DNA of 64,000 nucleotides from Octopus bimaculoides (lineage: Eukaryota), in NCBI RefSeq assembly GCF_001194135.2, contig NC_068983.1, forward strand, positions 161,708,875-161,772,874, written 5' to 3'. Numbering within the stretch: position 1 is the first letter of the stretch; the number at the start of each line of letters is the position of its first letter. Below the pieces are notes generated by a model. It ran no database searches, was not told the DNA's origin, and saw nothing but the letters and a program-made list of their open reading frames with translations. Positions 60,185-64,000 of this stretch are shown one piece after another. The position numbers and the translations under genes are program-made.

Positions 60185-63167
60185 CTCCTCTGTCAAAGAA
60201 AAATAGGGCCAGGCTGTCTCTATCATTGTTTCTTTTTTTTTTTCTAGATAAGAACTTGTTGAATAATCATTGCTTAAAATAAGCATTCCCAACAAGACTA
60301 ATTAGGATATACAAATATAAACTTGCTCTTTCTAAATTCAGATATTTATATAAATCATTGTTACATTGAAGACCAACAACTCAGTCATGGATTTTTAAAG
60401 GACATTTTGATTCCAACAAATCAAGTTTATCCTGATAGCATCTGACACCACAAACTTGTTTCTCAGACTTTTTCAGTACATTCCAAAGGTATTTCATTTA
60501 CAATGACCAATTAGTGATTTAAGTTAATTAATTTTCATTTATTTCTGTAGATGCTCATTACACCTGTATATAATCCTGTGTCAGGGGTACAATCAAGTAA
60601 TGCTGTTTTAGCTGTACATAAACAGGTAAAAAAACATTTAATGTATTATTTTAAGAAGATCTGTATTTGGCTTTTTGTTTTAATAATAACTGTGGATGGC
60701 TTTTGTTTTGTTACAGGCATTTCATTCTATTGCCAAGTGTGTTGCTGCTATAATAAGTCAAACAGAAGCTCCCAAAGTTATTAACCAGTTTGTAGCAGAT
60801 ATTAGGGTAAGTATCTGACATTGACTTTATCAACCATTTTAATTATTTCTTGATAATTGCCCATAGGGAGAAATTATGTATTTGGTATGTTTGGCATTAT
60901 TACCTCGTATAGCCCCTGCTAATATCTTGAAATATGCTGTGTTGAAATCTGACAGCAACCTGACAGGTACTGGTACCACGTACAAAAGCACCCATGCTGG
61001 CGCCACATAAAAAAAATGGGCCTGTGCTAGTACCATGTAAAAGCATCTGTGCCAGTGCCACTTAAAAAGGGCTTGTGCTGGTGCCACATATAAAAGCAAC
61101 CAGTATACTCAGTAAAGCAGTTGGCATCAGGAAGAGCAGCCAAAACAGATGACTGAAGCGTAGTGTAGCCCTCCTGATTACCAGCTCCTGTCAAACTGCC
61201 CAACCCATCCCAGCATGGAAAACAGACATGAAATAATAAGGGTGGTGGTGGTGGTAGCTATTTAATCTATGAAAAATTTGTGATAATCTTCATCATTTAT
61301 CGATCTACAGGGGTTGGACAAAATAATGGAAACACCTTAAAATTTCAAACAAATTTGTTTTAATATGGGGTAGGACTGCCTTTGGCAGTAATTACAACTT
61401 GAATTCTATGAGATATGGACTCATAGAAAGTTTGAATTGTTTCCAAAGAAATTTTTGTCCCTTCTTCAGCTAAAACAGTCTCCAGTTCATGTAGTGATGA
61501 TGGTGGAGGATATCGATTCCTTACTTATTTTTCTAAAATACACCATAAATGTACAATACTATTGAGATCTGGGGACTGTGGTGGCCAGATAAGATGTTCA
61601 ACTTCTCTAGAATTGTTCCTTGTGCCATTCAGTAACAACTTTAAATGTCTGAATTGGTGCATTATCATCCTGAAATATTGCATTTCCCTCCAGAAACAGT
61701 TCTGCAATCATAGGATGAATTTGATCAGATAGAATGCTTAAATAGTCTTCACTATTAATTCTGCCATGAATGGAAACCGTTGAGCCAGCGGATTTCCAAG
61801 ATATAGCCCCCCCGCCAGATCATCACAGATCCTCCTCTATGTTTAACAGTTGGAAGAAGGCAGTCTGGGCCAAATGCTTCTTTTGGCTGTCTCCACACGT
61901 ATATGTGGGCCAGTGGTTGGAAATGAGGTAAAGGATGACTTGTCCGAGAAAATAACATTCTTCCACTGCTCTAGAGACCAATTCTGTAGGTTTTTTTACT
62001 CCACTCTAAATGCTTTGCAACTTTTGTTTTTGAAAGTNNNNNNNNNNACCAATTCTGTAGGTTTTTTTACTCCACTCTAAATGCTTTGCAACTTTTGTTT
62101 TTGAAAGTAGTGGTTTTCTGATTGCAACCCTCCCGTGAAATCCAGCTTTGTGCAGCTCCTGAGGAACAGTTTTCATGGAAACTGGGTTCCTGAGGTGGTC
62201 ATTAAGCCCTGCAGTAATTTTGGGAGCTGTACTTTTGTGATCCTTTCCAACAATTCGCAACGGTCCCTATCTGAAAGTTTTGGTTTTCTGGAGTTTTGTT
62301 TCGATGAGAAGGTTTTTCCCTCTTTCTCAAAGGCTGTCATTACTTTCGAGACAGTACTTCTTGATACACAAATACTTCGGCTGTTTTCGTTATGCTAGCG
62401 CCTGCCAAATGAGCACCAACAATTTGACCTCTTTGAAAATTCGATAGATCTGTCATTTTAATGAATTTTAATTACGTTTTTCTGATGATATCTGAAAAGA
62501 AACAGCAATTTTAGCAAAAGATATTAAGCAACACTAATAATAAATAAAAAAACATAAAAATAAACAAGCTTTTGATGGTTTTATAGATATTTCAAAATTA
62601 TGATGCTATGATGCTAGGTGTTTCCATTATTTTGTCCAACCCCTGTATTTGGCTAAAGTCCATTTTGACTTTTGTATAATAGCAATGCAATATGGCACCT
62701 TATTCTGTTTAGAAGAATTACTCAGTAAACTGTAGAAACCATACCAAAACTGACATTGCAGCTTGATGCAGCCTTGTGGCTTGCCAGGCCCTGTAATACT
62801 GTCCAACCCATGCCAGCATGGAAAGTGGATGTTAAATGCTGATGAGGAGGAAGATGGTATTCTGTAGTTTCTATTTCATCAATAATTTATAGGAGGGAGA
62901 GAGACAGGGGGTGCTATAGTTGATTGTGATGGCATGAAAGGTAAATACCCTGACAGGATGGGAACTTGGAAAGTAGACGGGGTGAAACTAAATTACTGGG
63001 AAGCATTTAGTGTAAGGCTCTACCTTTACTACTAGAGTTTACTTCAATCTTTTATCATTCTTAATTAATGTTAATTAATTGTTTCGTGTCTCTTTTCAGC
63101 ATGCAAAGGCCTCTGATTCTGTGAAGCTGTTCTCTTTATTAGCTTTAGGGGAGATTGGCCGACAAAT
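19425..63167 (+). CDS. CAND1: Cullin-associated NEDD8-dissociated protein 1, coding exons 1-24 (5' partial model; gene continues beyond window)
   Basis: 24 GT-AG exons join in frame (2546 nt = 848 codons + 2 nt). Translation follows CAND1 throughout: [94 protein letters not shown]. Confidence 0.98.
21470..22760 (-). mobile_element. Dong/R4-clade LINE (restriction-like endonuclease), internally deleted copy
   Basis: RT N-part ([31 protein letters not shown]) fused to [68 protein letters not shown]; spans a gap. Confidence 0.9.
22766..24170 (-). mobile_element. Further Dong/R4 3' fragments
   Basis: (TAA)n tail at 22766-22780, 3' [11 protein letters not shown]-like region at 22950-23160, second AQDYSL/CRICG region at 23620-24170. 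Confidence 0.75.
24331..26080 (-). mobile_element. Dong/R4-clade LINE, 5'-truncated
   Basis: [22 protein letters not shown] (RT), [39 protein letters not shown]; ends in (TAA)n. Confidence 0.88.
26229..26510 (-). mobile_element. Two short Dong/R4 3' ends in tandem
   Basis: [14 protein letters not shown] plus (TAA)n at 26229; the 3' UTR at 26413-26510 matches that at 22780-22850. Confidence 0.7.
28440..28620 (-). mobile_element. Tc1/mariner-like transposase C-terminal remnant
   Basis: [22 protein letters not shown] on - strand. Confidence 0.45.
29440..29965 (-). mobile_element. Penelope-like element, degenerate reverse transcriptase fragment
   Basis: [38 protein letters not shown]...LL*CSYVVTV, matching PLE RT motifs B-C; several stops. 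Confidence 0.7.
29966..30272 (+). mobile_element. Penelope-like element, GIY-YIG endonuclease fragment
   Basis: [39 protein letters not shown], then a frameshifted [24 protein letters not shown]...[10 protein letters not shown]. Confidence 0.75.
30348..30705. repeat. (TA)n and (CA)n microsatellites flanking a gap
   Basis: Direct. Other microsatellites at 15060, 15495, 45445, 46225, 46681, 47989, 51846, 55853 and 60150. Confidence 0.95.
32398..32499 (+). CDS. CAND1: CAND1 exon 2
   Basis: tttag|[34 protein letters not shown]|gtatgt. Confidence 0.97.
33263..33368 (+). ncRNA. Type I hammerhead ribozyme motif (Penelope/retrozyme-type, minimal palindromic stem III) in CAND1 intron 2
   Basis: TCCAGA-CTGATGA-c-GAG-caaaga-CTC-a-GAAAC-AT-GTC/-TCTGGA. 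Stem I extends about 35 bp (gacaagcatctccaactagc pairs with gctaggtggaggtgcttgtc). C-A mismatch at the base of stem II. Confidence 0.75.
33718..33785 (+). CDS. CAND1: CAND1 exon 3
   Basis: tgtag|[24 protein letters not shown]|gtaag. Confidence 0.97.
33900..34560 (-). mobile_element. Degenerate RTE LINE fragment
   Basis: Antisense matches to the 'VKGRLY' region seen in the other RTE copies. Confidence 0.55.
35738..35850 (+). CDS. CAND1: CAND1 exon 4
   Basis: ttcag|(C)[38 protein letters not shown]|gtaag. Confidence 0.97.
36588..37000 (-). mobile_element. Deleted mariner element (C-terminus and TIR)
   Basis: [31 protein letters not shown] on - strand; TIR-like tgaggtctgttcaacaagtatt. Confidence 0.65.
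37880..38031. mobile_element. Foldback MITE with TTAA TSD and GG..CC ends (Kolobok-like)
   Basis: TTAA|gggcgcttgaatgccaac ... gttggcattccggcgccc|TTAA; about 65-bp arms, 20-nt loop. Confidence 0.7.
38563..38663 (+). CDS. CAND1: CAND1 exon 5
   Basis: ttcag|(G)[33 protein letters not shown]|gtaagt. Confidence 0.96.
38880..39207. mobile_element. Inverted pair of Penelope-type pseudo-LTR repeats (foldback)
   Basis: Arms 38880-39011 and 39075-39207 are reverse-complementary (e.g. gttgtatcggaatttcaaacctag vs ttaggtttgaaattccaatacaac); CAGCC-GAAA hammerhead half-core at 39142-39150. Confidence 0.6.
39784..39854 (+). repeat. 16-bp tandem repeat (AATGTATTCTAATCTA) x4.4
   Basis: Exact units visible, ending 45 nt upstream of the exon 6 acceptor. 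Confidence 0.95.
39899..39962 (+). CDS. CAND1: CAND1 exon 6
   Basis: tgcag|[22 protein letters not shown]|gtaat; the start could instead be 39896 (see findings). Confidence 0.93.
41215..41313 (+). CDS. CAND1: CAND1 exon 7
   Basis: ttcag|(G)[33 protein letters not shown]|gtgaa. Confidence 0.96.
41516..41642 (+). CDS. CAND1: CAND1 exon 8
   Basis: attag|(G)[43 protein letters not shown]|gtaat. Confidence 0.96.
41742..41957. mobile_element. Possible piggyBac-type MITE
   Basis: TTAA|CCC ... GGG|TTAA ends; similar ends at 38490, 42290 and 59635. Confidence 0.35.
41978..42191. mobile_element. Foldback element with about 100-bp imperfect arms
   Basis: tatgacccttcactgtatatagactatagaaaatag.. vs ..ctattttctatagtcaatatatgatgaaggctcatga. 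Confidence 0.65.
42838..43000 (+). CDS. CAND1: CAND1 exon 9
   Basis: tgtag|(S)[54 protein letters not shown]|gtaag. Confidence 0.97.
44928..45034 (+). CDS. CAND1: CAND1 exon 10
   Basis: tttag|[37 protein letters not shown]|gtaag. Confidence 0.97.
45151..45335. mobile_element. Tigger/pogo-like MITE, 185 bp
   Basis: TA|cagtaatcccttgccatat ... gatagtcgagagattactg|TA. Confidence 0.8.
46835..47055. mobile_element. Second Tigger/pogo-like MITE of the same family
   Basis: cagtaacccctcgccatatc ... gatagttgagggattactg; internal sequence similar to 45151-45335. Confidence 0.75.
47063..47430 (+). mobile_element. tRNA-derived SINE with CORE-like ttgggcaagt segment
   Basis: ggctgtgtggtaagaa..gggttcagttccac..ttgggcaagtgtc; other copies at 45890-46230 (-), 27030-27400 (-), 44710-44900 and 56245-56400. 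Confidence 0.75.
48597..48751 (+). CDS. CAND1: CAND1 exon 11
   Basis: tgtag|(E)[52 protein letters not shown]|gtaac. Confidence 0.97.
49228..49336 (+). CDS. CAND1: CAND1 exon 12
   Basis: ttcag|(E)[37 protein letters not shown]|gtgag. Confidence 0.96.
50104..50289 (+). CDS. CAND1: CAND1 exon 13
   Basis: ttcag|(G)[29 protein letters not shown]...[11 protein letters not shown]|gtaac. Confidence 0.97.
50343..50730 (+). mobile_element. Full-length tRNA-derived SINE with (CAA)n tail and 14-bp TSD
   Basis: A box TGGCCCAGTAGTTAGG, B box GGTTTCGATTCCC; TSD tatcttttactgtt at 50329-50342 and 50732-50745; degenerate relative at 53640-53930. Confidence 0.9.
50746..50934 (+). mobile_element. tRNA-derived SINE (GCCTTTC..TTTCGGGGTCGAT family)
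   Basis: Head ggcagcgaactggcagaatcgttagcac, B box gggttcaaattcc; relatives at 49395-49600, 21178-21460 and 7960-8150 (-). Confidence 0.8.
51686..51797 (+). CDS. CAND1: CAND1 exon 14
   Basis: ttcag|(S)[37 protein letters not shown]|gtaag. Confidence 0.96.
51901..52084. mobile_element. Foldback MITE with about 80-bp arms; partial second copy at 52268-52350
   Basis: tacagatatgaaaatattttattctcaaatgcat vs atgcatttgagaataaaatatttccatatctgta. Confidence 0.75.
54323..54416 (+). CDS. CAND1: CAND1 exon 15
   Basis: tgcag|[32 protein letters not shown]|gttag. Confidence 0.96.
54527..54644 (+). CDS. CAND1: CAND1 exon 16
   Basis: ttcag|(D)[40 protein letters not shown]|gtaag. Confidence 0.97.
54868..54999 (+). 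CDS. CAND1: CAND1 exon 17
   Basis: cccag|(M)[45 protein letters not shown]|gtaag. Confidence 0.97.
57346..57379 (+). CDS. CAND1: CAND1 exon 18 (34 nt)
   Basis: ttcag|(G)[11 protein letters not shown]|gtaag. Confidence 0.95.
57485..57584 (+). CDS. CAND1: CAND1 exon 19
   Basis: ttaag|[34 protein letters not shown]|gtaag. Confidence 0.96.
58498..58583 (+). CDS. CAND1: CAND1 exon 20
   Basis: ttcag|(G)[28 protein letters not shown]|gtaag. Confidence 0.96.
59088..59288 (+). CDS. CAND1: CAND1 exon 21
   Basis: ttcag|[67 protein letters not shown]|gtaat. Confidence 0.96.
60551..60625 (+). CDS. CAND1: CAND1 exon 22
   Basis: tgtag|[25 protein letters not shown]|gtaaa. Confidence 0.93.
60717..60806 (+). 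CDS. CAND1: CAND1 exon 23
   Basis: tacag|[30 protein letters not shown]|gtaag. Confidence 0.95.
61308..62645 (-). mobile_element. Near full-length Tc1 element in CAND1 intron 23; transposase pseudogene 62456-61360
   Basis: About 28-bp TIRs cag(g)ggttggacaaaataatggaaacacc, TA TSDs. [67 protein letters not shown], with frameshifts and a 10-N gap. Confidence 0.93.
63100..63167 (+). CDS. CAND1: CAND1 exon 24
   Basis: ttcag|[24 protein letters not shown]|gtaag. Confidence 0.95.
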
Positions 63168-64000
63168 GTAAGTAGCTTTCTTACACACTTCCTAGCATTC
63201 CATTTGTGACCATCTCATCCATTTTATAGAACCAATTTTATAAAAAATATTTGGCACAGTTTTTGAAGAATCCCTTCCAGGCTGGTCTTGTTGGTTGTAT
63301 GTCAGCCATTTATCTGATATTATCCAAGCACTGCATGGTAATTCTATGTCTTGTTTCTTTATCAACAACAATGACAAAGCCACATCTCTTTGCATCATGC
63401 CTCTGATCCACCCATAAACCATCGGTGATGGTGCCACACAAAAAGCACTGGTGATGGTGCCATGTAAAAAGCACCCAGTACATTCTGTAAAGTGTTTGTC
63501 GTTAAGAAGGGCATCCAGCCATAGAAACCATGTCAAACCAAACTATGGAACTTGGTGCAGCCTCTGGCCTTGCCACCTCCTGTCAAAATGTCCAACCCAT
63601 GCCAGCATGGAAAACGGACGTTAAATGATGATGATGACGATCTGTGTATTTTTAAACCTGGAGACAACTGTTGATTCATCATTAATTATATTTTCGTCCA
63701 ACCCATGCTAGCATGGAAAGCGGACGTTAAACGATGATGATGATGATGATTTTGAATCTTGTTATGCAAATTTATAGTGATAATTTGTTTTATCATAAAT
63801 ATTGTATTAGTCTCTGTTTGATTTGAAATTTAAATTTGAACAAAGAAGGGATGGTCATGATAGGGATATTAATAAATGTAAAAATCGCTGAGTCAACAAA
63901 AAAAAAATGACAGGATTGTCATGTTTGGAAGATTTGAAAAATAAACTCTGTATCCATTAAAAGTTGGGACAGACACAGTTACAAAGCTTATCTTAGTAAT

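Larger units (their letters stand above)
21783..62047. other. Assembly gaps: 21783-21927, 26550-26559, 30390-30654, 47461-47988, 62038-62047
   Basis: Runs of N. Confidence 0.99.
140..63750. repeat. About 30 dispersed RTE 3'-tail copies (short truncated LINEs or tail-sharing SINEs), both strands
   Basis: Motif catcatcatttaacgtcc..ttccatgctggcatgggttggac...ggatgcccttcctaacgccaacc at, for example, 140, 1245, 2850, 3640, 12090, 15087, 27800, 28100, 31730, 32815, 37370, 43080, 44200, 49600, 51060, 55105, 55415, 59795, 60960, 62720, 63420 (count by eye). Confidence 0.9.

Noticed and set aside
61978-62107. 60-bp direct duplication inside the Tc1 element
   Set aside because: It flanks a fixed 10-N gap, typical of an unmerged contig overlap.
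19467-63099. U12-type introns in CAND1
   Set aside because: No donor has the RTATCCT signature; all are U2-type GT-AG.

Overview
Eukaryotic, AT-rich and repeat-dense genomic DNA with five assembly gaps. The repeat content (abundant RTE LINE 3' tails ending in (GAT)n, Dong/R4 LINEs, tRNA-derived SINEs) suggests an octopus or other coleoid; that assignment is an inference. The main gene is CAND1 on the + strand. I traced 24 GT-AG exons from the ATG at 19425 to 63167, all phase-consistent (2546 nt, 848 codons), and the gene continues past the window. A divergent SNX17-like gene has only its first coding exon here (8863-8798, - strand); its promoter carries an overlapping CRE and CTCF-like site. 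The rest is transposon debris (RTE, Dong/R4, Penelope-like, Tc1/mariner, hAT, Tigger-like and Kolobok-like MITEs, SINEs) and microsatellites. Most notable: a near-complete type I hammerhead ribozyme with a long stem I, sense in CAND1 intron 2; other degenerate hammerhead-bearing Penelope-type repeats, one pair forming a 330-nt foldback; a possible TG/CAG tandem acceptor with a branch-point tandem repeat at exon 6; and expandable palindromic arrays in the RTE 3' UTR. Everything was read by eye. Repeat boundaries are approximate and protein comparisons are from memory, not from searches.
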